DNA of 48,670 nucleotides. Origin: a virus. The stretch covers positions 1 to 48,670 of the IMG/VR virus record IMGVR_UViG_3300027784_000001. One strand, written 5' to 3'. A program made the translations under genes and the position numbers. Every line of letters begins with the position of its first letter. The first letter of the stretch is position 1. The notes under the pieces are model-generated. The model was not told where the DNA came from. It saw only the letters and a list, made by a program, of their open reading frames with translations, and ran no database searches. Below are positions 35,167 to 43,377 of the stretch, one piece after another.

Positions 35167-35191
35167 CGTGGTTCGATTCCTCGGGAGGCCC
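35167..35191 (+). other. Second tRNA-like T-arm (CGTGG-TTCGATT-CCTCG) plus an acceptor-like strand GGAGGCC; no complete tRNA
   Basis: GGTTCGATTCC motif in an intergenic gap. The stem has one T-T mismatch. A possible 5' partner GGCCTTG lies at 35103, but the 60 nt between are T/C-rich and do not form D or anticodon arms. Confidence 0.3.
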
Positions 35192-35229
35192 TGCATCGCC
35201 CACCCTATAACCCTAACTAAGAGGTGCTT

Positions 35230-35535
35230 ATGCCTGACCCAGAAGCCCCCGCCCCGCGGCCCCACCCGGATGAATACCGCGATAAGCTATCAGTGACGTT
35301 GGATACTGCGGACTGCGATAAGAATAGCAAGCGCGGCTGCCTCCAGCTTGGCGGCAACTGCGTATGCCATACTATCCCCATCCGCTATCGGGACGCGCTA
35401 ACTCGCTTACTGCGCATCACTTCGCGCCACGGTGAAGACCGCTATAGAGCGCTGTGGAAGCCGGAGCCCGAGCCCGAGCCCGAGCCGGAGCAAGAGCCGG
35501 AGCAAGAGCCGGAGCAAGAGCCCACCGACCAATAA
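35230..35535 (+). CDS. Small Cys-containing protein with a C-terminal (EP)n/(EPEQ)n acidic tandem repeat
   Basis: ATG 35230 with an AAGAGG RBS. Tail EPEPEPEPEQEPEQEPEQEP is encoded by tandem GAGCCN and 12-nt repeats (35461-35520). Confidence 0.6.
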   Translation: MPDPEAPAPRPHPDEYRDKLSVTLDTADCDKNSKRGCLQLGGNCVCHTIPIRYRDALTRLLRITSRHGEDRYRALWKPEPEPEPEPEQEPEQEPEQEPTDQ

Positions 35536-35566
35536 AGTAATGACGTAATACCATAGGAGAAGTAAC

Positions 35567-35815
35567 ATGTTTGGATTCTCAACGAAGCAAGCTAAAGCCC
35601 TCAAACAACTCGTAGAGCAGAGCGGCGACGACGGATTCATGCGCATCGGCATGGGGCTGGGTAAGGTCCACCACAAGACCGCAGCCGTGCTGCGAGACAG
35701 TGGCCTCATCACCATCACCGAAGATGCGGAGCATGGGCGCATTGCCACCATCACCGAAGAGGGGCGCAAAGCCGCCTCGCTATTCAGCGCCCAGCCCGAG
35801 CTGCCTACTGGCTAA
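35567..35815 (+). CDS. Small winged-helix / HTH-like DNA-binding protein (tentative)
   Basis: 82 aa. The pattern HHKTAAVLRDSGLITITEDAEHGRIATITEEGRK resembles a wHTH recognition helix plus wing. Confidence 0.5.
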   Translation: MFGFSTKQAKALKQLVEQSGDDGFMRIGMGLGKVHHKTAAVLRDSGLITITEDAEHGRIATITEEGRKAASLFSAQPELPTG

Positions 35816-35860
35816 TATTCCGTGCTCCGGGGGGAGTACGCCCCGCTATTAAAGGGAAGT

Positions 35861-37813
35861 ATGAGTGATACGAACGAAAGATGGATAGCATTCGACTGGG
35901 AAACTTACCCCATCGTAGAGTCCGGCAAGGCGACGACGAAGCAGATCCCACTGGGGATTTGTATGACGTGGGCCAGCCTCGACAGTCCGGGGGAGCGCCA
36001 TATCGCCCACCGCGCCGACGCGGTGCATATCTTTAAGGAGTGGGCAGAGGACGACGCTGTTCACCTCGTAGGGCACAACGTTACCTTCGATATGTTGGTT
36101 AGCTCCTACACCTGCCATATGGAGCAGGGCTGGGATATGACGAGCCTTATCTGGGGCATGTACCGCGCCGGCCGCGTACACGATACAATCATCACCAAAG
36201 CCCTCCGCCTCATCTTTGAGCGCGGGGAGTGCACGAAGACCAACTACAAGCTTGATTACATGGCGAAAGAGTACGCCAACATGGAGCTCACGGGCAAGTC
36301 GGGCGGCGACGCTTGGCGGATGCGGTATAACGAGCTCGACGACGTACCGCTTGAAGACTGGCCGGAGGCCGCATTAGAGTACGCCCTCACTGATGCAGAG
36401 GCCACGGCCCGCGTCTACAACGCGCTCAAGGGCAAGCGCCATGGGCCTAATGAGTACTTTCAGCTGTGCGGAGACCTCGCCTTTGGCCTCACCACGAGCT
36501 GGGGCATAATGTGCGACCCGGAATGGGCCGGCTGGATTTACGACCACAACATCCGTGAGATGGAGCCCCGCGCCGAAGTCCTCCGCGACGCTGGCGTGCG
36601 CATCGATGGCGTGAATAAACAAAAGCCGATGAGGGAGCTGTTCGCTAAGACGTGGCGGCGCCTCGGAAAAGAGCCCATGATGACTGATTCGGGCAAGAAC
36701 GTAAGCCTCTCCTCTAAGGCCGTAAAGGAATTGGAGTCCGCGGGGCTGTTCACGCTGGAGAATGCCGACGAGACCGTCGAGATTATGCGGGCTTACTCCG
36801 AGTTCTGCACGCTCTCAAAGCAGAACACTACCTACCTTGAGCCGATGCTGGACGCGGGGGATAGGTCGCTGTGTAGCCGGCTAGTTACGCTGATTAGCAC
36901 GGGCCGGAGCTCTTGCCGGTCTCCCAATTTTCAGAACATCCCTGCGCACCTAAATGCCGACGAGCAGCGCCGCAAGGAAAACGGCGACGAAGGCCCCTTC
37001 GGCCCGCATATCCGCGGAGGCTTTGTGCCCCGCGACGGCCGCATTTTCATGGTGGCCGACTACAGTCAGATTGAGATGGCCTCGCTGGCGCAGGTCATGG
37101 CGGCTATCAACGGCGGGAACCTGACGCCCATGGGCGAGATGCTTAACGAGGGCCGCGACCCGCACCTCCACTTGCTGGCTTCCTACTGGGATACAGACTA
37201 CAGCGAGCTATACGCCCGGTACCACGACGGCGACGAAGAGGTCGACTGGGGGCGCTTCCTTATGAAGGGTGCCAACTACGGCTTTGGCGGCATGGCTTCT
37301 CCCAAGACCTACCAACAGGATATTCGGAAGTTCGGCGTGGCCGTGGATATAGGCTTTTGCGAGGCTATCTACAACGCCTACCACGATACCTATCCGGGAG
37401 TTAAGGGGCCTTACCTCAACTGGCTAAACTCCTGCAAGGTCGGCTGGAATGAGTACCTTATCCCCCAGCTCGGCCCCGGTGGGCAGTTCCGCGATAACTG
37501 GCGAAAGCGGCGGTGCAACCGCCTCACGCAGGCTGCCAACACGCCCTTCCAAGGTCTCGTCGGCGACGGATGCAAAAAAGCCGCATGGGAGATCCAGAGC
37601 GCCTGTTGGGAGAAGGAAAGCTCCCCGCTCTACGGCGACCGTATGGTCCTGTTCGTGCACGATGAATTTTGCATTGAGATTGTCGACGAGAACCGCCAAG
37701 AGAAGGCCGACGAGTTCGTGCGGCTGGCGGTCGATGAAGGCATGGACGTATTCATCCCGGACGTTGAGATTGGCTTCGACGTTAATTTTATGGAAGAGCG
37801 GTGGGGTAAGTGA
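35861..37813 (+). CDS. Family A DNA polymerase with a 3'-5' exonuclease domain
   Basis: Exo motifs AFDWETY, VGHNVTFDM, YALTDAEAT. Pol motif A VADYSQIEMASLA, motif B KGANYGFGG, motif C LFVHDEF. ATG 35861 with an AAGGGAAG RBS; the listed GTG 35822 is less likely. Confidence 0.85.
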   Translation: MSDTNERWIAFDWETYPIVESGKATTKQIPLGICMTWASLDSPGERHIAHRADAVHIFKEWAEDDAVHLVGHNVTFDMLVSSYTCHMEQGWDMTSLIWGMYRAGRVHDTIITKALRLIFERGECTKTNYKLDYMAKEYANMELTGKSGGDAWRMRYNELDDVPLEDWPEAALEYALTDAEATARVYNALKGKRHGPNEYFQLCGDLAFGLTTSWGIMCDPEWAGWIYDHNIREMEPRAEVLRDAGVRIDGVNKQKPMRELFAKTWRRLGKEPMMTDSGKNVSLSSKAVKELESAGLFTLENADETVEIMRAYSEFCTLSKQNTTYLEPMLDAGDRSLCSRLVTLISTGRSSCRSPNFQNIPAHLNADEQRRKENGDEGPFGPHIRGGFVPRDGRIFMVADYSQIEMASLAQVMAAINGGNLTPMGEMLNEGRDPHLHLLASYWDTDYSELYARYHDGDEEVDWGRFLMKGANYGFGGMASPKTYQQDIRKFGVAVDIGFCEAIYNAYHDTYPGVKGPYLNWLNSCKVGWNEYLIPQLGPGGQFRDNWRKRRCNRLTQAANTPFQGLVGDGCKKAAWEIQSACWEKESSPLYGDRMVLFVHDEFCIEIVDENRQEKADEFVRLAVDEGMDVFIPDVEIGFDVNFMEERWGK

Positions 37814-37992
37814 TGCAACCATGGGCTGCTATTGTACTGACTATCGTCTGGCTAGCCTGCGCAGCCTTGCTGTTCTACGGTGCTGTAATGATGGACAAAG
37901 GCACCCCCAGCGAGGCGCTGGTGCTTATATCCTTACTTTGCCTCGTAGCGCTTGAGCTGCGCTACCCGCCGCCCCCGCCTACTGCCCGATAA
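37810..37992 (+). CDS. Small membrane protein (two TM helices)
   Basis: 60 aa with hydrophobic segments AAIVLTIVWLACAALLFYGAV and LVLISLLCLVAL. ATGA overlap with the pol gene. Confidence 0.5.
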   Translation: MMQPWAAIVLTIVWLACAALLFYGAVMMDKGTPSEALVLISLLCLVALELRYPPPPPTAR

Positions 37993-38018
37993 CTAACACG
38001 TAACTGCTGGAGATAAAG

Positions 38019-38474
38019 ATGGATAAAACACAAAAAGCAATCAGAGAAGAGTGCGAAGCTATCGCGGACTTGCTGGTCGAGAAGAACCGCAAGTATGGCA
38101 ACAGCGCACTGGAGCCCGCGCGAGTGTTTAGCACCGCCCCTGCCGATGAGCAGTTGCTAGTCCGTATGGACGATAAGCTGTCCCGGATTAAAACATCAGA
38201 GCCCGACGACCGGGAGGATGCGTTGTTTGACTTGCTGGGCTACCTTGTACTCTACCGCGTCCAGCAACGGCTTGCCGAAGAGCCGAAGGATGGGCAGACC
38301 AAGTGGGGCTTCGATACCACCTGCCGATGCTGCGATGCGCCTGTGGTAGTGGGAGGCAATAAACGCACCCTCCGAGAGGCAGGCCCGCGCTTGCGCAAGG
38401 TAAGCCATAAGTGCCTATACTGCGGCGAAGTATCGGAGTACACTATTGACCTAGCCGTAGGGGAGGTAATCTAA
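38019..38474 (+). CDS. MazG-like / DUF1599-like nucleotide pyrophosphohydrolase domain with a C-terminal zinc ribbon (tentative)
   Basis: Motif EKNRKYGNSALEP. C-terminal CRCC...CLYCG. Confidence 0.45.
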   Translation: MDKTQKAIREECEAIADLLVEKNRKYGNSALEPARVFSTAPADEQLLVRMDDKLSRIKTSEPDDREDALFDLLGYLVLYRVQQRLAEEPKDGQTKWGFDTTCRCCDAPVVVGGNKRTLREAGPRLRKVSHKCLYCGEVSEYTIDLAVGEVI

Positions 38475-38842
38475 TGGCAGGTATAACGGGAAACCAAGCG
38501 GCTCTTATGGGGTCGCCCAACTTTGACTTTAAGCCCGGCATGCGCGTGGAGTGGATCGACTACGTGGGCTTAGTATCCGAAGGGATAGTAGTGAGAGTCA
38601 ACGCCGGCGGGGTGATGGCGTGCGGCCCTGCTGGGCTAGTGCGCCTACATAATTCCTATCCGCACCTCGCCGGGACGCCTATCCCCGTACTGGACGACCC
38701 CGGCACCATAGGGCACCTCATCGAAATAGTAAGGGACCTCTATACATATCCGCGTGAGGTAGCAATTGAGTTCCACCTCTTGCGTGCCGGGGTAAGTACT
38801 GATAAGTTAGTCGAGATGATAGTAGACCACGGAGTTAAGTGA
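38474..38842 (+). CDS. Hypothetical protein (122 aa)
   Basis: ORF coupled to both neighbours. Confidence 0.55.
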   Translation: MAGITGNQAALMGSPNFDFKPGMRVEWIDYVGLVSEGIVVRVNAGGVMACGPAGLVRLHNSYPHLAGTPIPVLDDPGTIGHLIEIVRDLYTYPREVAIEFHLLRAGVSTDKLVEMIVDHGVK

Positions 38843-39267
38843 TGATTGAGATACTGCTATGTATGCTACTGACCTGTGAAGCGCCAGCGCCAGAGCCCGA
38901 CCTGCCCCCGGTCAGAGAGGCCGGAAGCGCCACGTGGTACGGCGACGGTAATTACCACGGCTCTATACGGGCCGACGGCGAGGAGTTCGTCCCCGAGGAG
39001 GTAGGTTGTGCCCACCGCTCTATCCCGCTGGGCAGTGAGATTTATGTCTGCCACGCGGGCACCACTGACTGCATCGTTTGCCCGGTCAATGACCGAGGGC
39101 CTTACTGGGCTCTAGACGACGACGGCGCGGGCTACGTCACGCTGAGTGCTGGCGATGGCGAGTATCGAGATATTTTAGATTTGTCTACCGGCGCAGTAGA
39201 AGCGCTTAACAACGGCCAGCCGGCCACCCTTGAAGTAGAGGTACGATATGACCATGACGCTCTATGA
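38839..39267 (+). CDS. RlpA-like double-psi beta-barrel protein (lytic transglycosylase-like) with an N-terminal signal/TM segment
   Basis: SATWYGDGNYHGSIRADGEEF...CAHRSIPLGSEIYVC...CPVNDRGPY matches the RlpA DPBB pattern. Confidence 0.75.
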   Translation: MMIEILLCMLLTCEAPAPEPDLPPVREAGSATWYGDGNYHGSIRADGEEFVPEEVGCAHRSIPLGSEIYVCHAGTTDCIVCPVNDRGPYWALDDDGAGYVTLSAGDGEYRDILDLSTGAVEALNNGQPATLEVEVRYDHDAL

Positions 39268-40795
39268 TATATTCTTTGAACACCTTCCCGAGTACGCCCC
39301 GCTAGAGTGGTCCTCTACAAGGGCGCTTGTCACAGATTTGGCCGAGAGTTACGAGCAAAACGCAGATTCCATGTATGCGGCCATCCGCCGACGCATGGGG
39401 CGCACGCCGACGCTCCAAGAGCTGCAAGAGGCCATTGAGGACGGACAGCCCGAGGCCCTGTCTAACGATGGCGATGGGCCGGATGCCGCACCGCCGACGA
39501 ACAGTAACCTCCGGCAGGTAGATATCCGGCACCACTATAACAAGGCCGACGACGTGTATGTCTTCTGGCTGCCCTATAGCAAGGGCAGGGGCATGGCTGT
39601 ACCGGGCGAAGATGTCCGTGAGGCCAAGCGCCGGTATAGCAGGTGGGAAGAGTCCGGCCCAGAGGAGACGATAAACAACGTCTGCGAAGCCTTCGGCTGG
39701 CCGCGCGAGTGGTTTATGCAGATGAAGCAAGAGCTTGGTTGGACCCACGACCAAGACCCCTTTACAGCGGAAGAGCATAAGGCCCATATCCGAGGGGAGC
39801 AAGACCTGCTGAAAGACCTCAGCATGATGAATCGCTCATGGCTAGAGCGGCAGGCCAAGGTCAAGCGCTGGCGCCGGACAGAGCGCGACGCGGAGAAGTG
39901 GCGGGCGTGGAAAGCCGGGAAGCTCGACCACCTCCAAGAGTTCTTTGAGCAGCACAGTACGGGGCTCCCCGAATCCGTGCCGAAGGTCGATAGGGACTTC
40001 AGCCAAGATGAGGGCCTAGTGGTCATCCACCCGGCAGATATACACCTAGGCAAGCGGCCCTTCCTCGGCCCTGACGCGGGGCTCGACCACTACATGCAGG
40101 CGATTATGGGCTCAATGGAGCGGCTATGCGAGCGTTCCGTGGATAGCCACGAAGCCGTGTTAGTGCTGGGCAATGACTTGTTCCACGTAGACGGGATGGA
40201 CGAGTCCACTACGCGGGGCACTGCGCAAAGCCTTGGGTGCGAGGTCCACGAGATGGTAGGCGCTGCCTATAGCCTGTCGGCCCGGCTTATCAACATGGCT
40301 CGCCGGTACTTCTCTGCGGTGACTGTTGTGGTGGTGCGCTCTAACCATGACGACGCGCTGAGTTGCGGCCTCTACCACCACCTAGACGTGGTGACGCAGA
40401 GCATCGAGGGCGTCGAGCTCCACACAGAGCAAGGCCCCGCGTATCGCCAGTACCTTACTTACGGCCACAATCTCATGGCCTTCGGCCACGGCCACGGCAT
40501 TAAAGCCGGAGAGTGGGTAGACCTCATCATGGCAGAGGCCCGCGAGCTCGTGAGCGATACAGTGTTCACTTACGTCTTTACAGCGCACTTCCACTACGCC
40601 GCCGATAAGAGCATTTCGGAGAGCGACGGTGAGGGGGCGGTGCACGTATTCCAAGCGCCCTCCCCTACGAAAGTCGACCGCTGGCATGACCTCAACGGAT
40701 TTGTCCTTGCAAGGCGGATGCTGGCGTGCTATACTTTCAGTCCCGAGGAGGGCCATCTTTCTCGGCATTTCGCCCCAATTGAGTTGAACCTTTGA
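39248..40795 (+). CDS. Metallophosphoesterase (Mre11/SbcD-like or related) with a ~250-aa N-terminal extension of unknown function
   Basis: Motifs HPADIHLG (DxH), LGNDLFH (GD/GNDxxH), VRSNHDD (GNHD-like), FGHGHG (GHxH). Confidence 0.65.
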   Translation: MTMTLYDIFFEHLPEYAPLEWSSTRALVTDLAESYEQNADSMYAAIRRRMGRTPTLQELQEAIEDGQPEALSNDGDGPDAAPPTNSNLRQVDIRHHYNKADDVYVFWLPYSKGRGMAVPGEDVREAKRRYSRWEESGPEETINNVCEAFGWPREWFMQMKQELGWTHDQDPFTAEEHKAHIRGEQDLLKDLSMMNRSWLERQAKVKRWRRTERDAEKWRAWKAGKLDHLQEFFEQHSTGLPESVPKVDRDFSQDEGLVVIHPADIHLGKRPFLGPDAGLDHYMQAIMGSMERLCERSVDSHEAVLVLGNDLFHVDGMDESTTRGTAQSLGCEVHEMVGAAYSLSARLINMARRYFSAVTVVVVRSNHDDALSCGLYHHLDVVTQSIEGVELHTEQGPAYRQYLTYGHNLMAFGHGHGIKAGEWVDLIMAEARELVSDTVFTYVFTAHFHYAADKSISESDGEGAVHVFQAPSPTKVDRWHDLNGFVLARRMLACYTFSPEEGHLSRHFAPIELNL

Positions 40796-40811
40796 GTAAA
40801 AAGGAAGTATA

Positions 40812-41159
40812 ATGGTGCAACATAAGAAAGTCAAAGTCGATCGTAACGGCGAGCTGGTTGAGCTGGAAGTGCGGACCTTCCCGGACGACGTGGAGCCGGC
40901 CAAGGTGACCGTTGCGAACAACACTATCATCAAGCTGGGGAGCAAGTACGATAAGTTGAAGCCGATGGTTTCCGTGACTATCCCTTGCTACAAGGAGGAA
41001 GTTGAGGAGGCCGGTATGGAAGCCTACGAGCTCTGCATGGGTATCCTCGGCGAGGTCTCCGACGACCTCCGTAAGCAGATTGCGGAGCACCAAGGCAAGA
41101 AGAAGGGCGGGCGCGGCCGCCACTCCAGTACCCGGCGCAAAGGGTATGCCGGCAGCTGA
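40812..41159 (+). CDS. Hypothetical protein with a basic C-terminal tail
   Basis: 115 aa, followed by the terminator at 41189-41216. Confidence 0.55.
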   Translation: MVQHKKVKVDRNGELVELEVRTFPDDVEPAKVTVANNTIIKLGSKYDKLKPMVSVTIPCYKEEVEEAGMEAYELCMGILGEVSDDLRKQIAEHQGKKKGGRGRHSSTRRKGYAGS

Positions 41160-41188
41160 GCCAGCGCGTTGATTGTTTGCTAATCCGC

Positions 41189-41216
41189 CTCCGGGCCTAG
41201 TGGTCCGGGGGCTTTT
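41189..41216 (+). terminator. Rho-independent terminator
   Basis: 9-bp stem CTCCGGGCC/GGTCCGGGG (two G-T wobbles), loop TAGT, then GCTTTT. Confidence 0.6.
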
Positions 41217-41231
41217 ACAAAAGGGAATACA

Positions 41232-42569
41232 ATGATTATCAGAGAGCCGAAAGATGAGTTCGTAGGCAACCCCGGAGCCACTCGGGATGTGCCCGTTGGC
41301 GAGTACATGTCATTCGTGCGGGACGCCTATCAAGGCACGGATATTGACGACCTACCGTGCGATTATGTCCTCCGCTCTGTCCGTTCCAACTACAAGTCCT
41401 ACGGCGGGTACCAGTGGCCGATGGAAGTCGGCGCCGTAGCAGAGGCAGACTTCCTCAATATCGGGACGGCCTGTGGCGGCGGGCTGCATGGCTGGTGGTG
41501 GGGCGCCGGGCATACTCACGCGCTCCTCAGCGCTCCCGCCCGGTGGATGGTATTGAAGGTGCCCCGACGTGAGATTATCGACCTGCGCGGCAAGGTCAAA
41601 TTCCCCCGTGCAAAGATTGTCCAGACCGGCACCTATGCCAAGTCCCTTGCCTTCCTCAAGCGTAAGCTGGTCAAGTTTGGCTCCAGCCGCATTAAGGATT
41701 ATATTCGGGCTTGGGGCAGTGTCTACGCCGACGGTCCCGAAGACAGTAAGACGGGGCGTATCATCCCCCGCGTTGAGCTAGGCAGGTACGAAGCCCATGC
41801 CGACCAGAGGCGGCGGCAGGTCGTCGAGGGCCGGGGGCTCTGCTCTGCGGTCGTAGGCGAGTACTGCGTTGCCGACTTGAAGGACGATGGCCGCGCCATC
41901 ATAGGCGATAATAGCGAAGCGTGCGTAGGCCACGGCGGGAGGGCTATCGCCGGCTATTACTCCAAAGTGCATATCGGCAATAATAGTGAGGCTATCGTGG
42001 GCAGCCGCTCCTATGTCAACGGCCGTAAGAAGTACCGCCGCTGCAAAGGCCCCGCCAACATCGTCGCCGGTGCGGAGTCTACGGTGGACGTTCCACTGGC
42101 GCGGCGCAGCTCCATTATCGCGGAGCGTGGTTCCCTCGTGCGGGCAGGGGTTAACGCGAAGATTATTGTAGAAGAAAACTCGGCAGTCCATTTCACCGGC
42201 GGCGAAGACCCGGACCACCCCTCGCCGTTGACGCCTCCGCCCCAAGGTACGCTCTTGGCCGAGGCCCCCGTTGCCTTCCGGTTTGATGGGCCGCTCCCGC
42301 CTGACGTAGTTGTCTCCTCGCCGGGCGTGCCTGCTGCCCATTTATGCCCGAACCTTGCGGACGAGCTTCCACAGGGCTTCTGGTACGTTATCGACCGAGG
42401 CGATAGCAACATGGCCGCAAACTTTGGGCGAGACTGCGGCATGGCCTCGCACTGCATAGAGCTCGACGGCGACTTCCGCCTATTGCGCTTCGATGGCCAA
42501 GGCTTCGATGCCAGCCGCTTCGGAGCGGATGAAATTCTTGACCACGTGGAGTGGGGAGGCAACCAATGA
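41232..42569 (+). CDS. Hypothetical 445-aa protein: N-terminal YGGYQWP...CGGGLHGWW domain plus a central ~18-20-residue beta-helix-like repeat region
   Basis: The repeat pattern in IIGDNSEACVGHGGRAIAGYYSKVHIGNNSEAIVGSRSYV...NIVAGAESTV...SIIAERGSLVRAGVNAKIIVEENSAV was read by eye. Confidence 0.65.
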   Translation: MIIREPKDEFVGNPGATRDVPVGEYMSFVRDAYQGTDIDDLPCDYVLRSVRSNYKSYGGYQWPMEVGAVAEADFLNIGTACGGGLHGWWWGAGHTHALLSAPARWMVLKVPRREIIDLRGKVKFPRAKIVQTGTYAKSLAFLKRKLVKFGSSRIKDYIRAWGSVYADGPEDSKTGRIIPRVELGRYEAHADQRRRQVVEGRGLCSAVVGEYCVADLKDDGRAIIGDNSEACVGHGGRAIAGYYSKVHIGNNSEAIVGSRSYVNGRKKYRRCKGPANIVAGAESTVDVPLARRSSIIAERGSLVRAGVNAKIIVEENSAVHFTGGEDPDHPSPLTPPPQGTLLAEAPVAFRFDGPLPPDVVVSSPGVPAAHLCPNLADELPQGFWYVIDRGDSNMAANFGRDCGMASHCIELDGDFRLLRFDGQGFDASRFGADEILDHVEWGGNQ

Positions 42570-43159
42570 ATAACAGCAAATACGATAAATGGATTGACTA
42601 CAATGACTTATGGGTGCGAGGGGCTTGCGAGAAGGGGAGGGTACTATTTGATAAGCTGTTTGGCCGCCACGGCAGGCTGCACGCGGGAGATAGCGGACTG
42701 GCCGGGCTATTGCTGCACGAAGACGCAAGGCAGCATATCGGATGGCTAGTCGATCAAGGTCTGTTGCGGGTAGACATGGAATGGTGGGACCTAAGCGGTA
42801 TGGACCTCAGATACCTTCAGCTTAGCGATGCGTATGTAAGGGCCTGTAATTTCGCGGGGGCGAGCCTCTTAGATAGCTCGATAGCTGGGCGTGGCCTTTT
42901 TGTATGCTGCGGCTTCGCGGGGGCAGACCTCCGGTTTTCGCGGCTGAGTTACTCCCAGTTTACGCGCTGCAACTTTGAAGGGGCAGACTTGGGCGGTACG
43001 AAGCTTAGGAATTGCAATATTGCCAGCTCATCGCTCCGCAACGCACGAGGACTAAATACGGCGTATTTTCACGACTGCACGATGCTTGAAGAGCAGCGCC
43101 GCACCCTGGTAGATGCAGGAGCCAATGTTTATAATCCCGTCATCGTAACAGGAGAGTAA
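42566..43159 (+). CDS. Pentapeptide-repeat protein (paralog 1)
   Basis: Repeats run from LSGMDLRYLQLSDAYVRACNFAGASLLDSSIAG through FAGADLRFSRLSYSQFTRCNFEGADLGGTKLRNCNI. ATG 42566 with a GGGGAGG RBS and ATGA overlap. Confidence 0.8.
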   Translation: MNNSKYDKWIDYNDLWVRGACEKGRVLFDKLFGRHGRLHAGDSGLAGLLLHEDARQHIGWLVDQGLLRVDMEWWDLSGMDLRYLQLSDAYVRACNFAGASLLDSSIAGRGLFVCCGFAGADLRFSRLSYSQFTRCNFEGADLGGTKLRNCNIASSSLRNARGLNTAYFHDCTMLEEQRRTLVDAGANVYNPVIVTGE

Positions 43160-43161
43160 CC

Positions 43162-43377
43162 ATGAGAGAAGGTACCCAAGAGGCACTATTCCTATGCGGC
43201 GCATGCGGCTATGAGGAATGGGTGACTTTCGTAGGAGAGCGGAGCAAGCCCCCGGCGGCCAAGAAGCTATCCGCTAACCCCCCGGTTATCGCAGAAGAGT
43301 GCTGCCCCTCTTGCGGGGCGGCAGTAGAGTTCCGATTCGACCAACTCCAACAATACAAATGGGAAGAAAATGAGTGA
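43162..43377 (+). CDS. Small zinc-ribbon protein (CGACG...CPSCG)
   Basis: 71 aa with two CxxC pairs and an AGGAGA RBS. Confidence 0.6.
   Translation: MREGTQEALFLCGACGYEEWVTFVGERSKPPAAKKLSANPPVIAEECCPSCGAAVEFRFDQLQQYKWEENE

Noticed and set aside
35103-35191. A complete (possibly class II or intron-containing) tRNA gene
   Set aside because: I could not fold D and anticodon arms. The central 60 nt are T/C-rich and unstructured, and the T-stem has a mismatch. It is reported only as a tRNA-like fragment.
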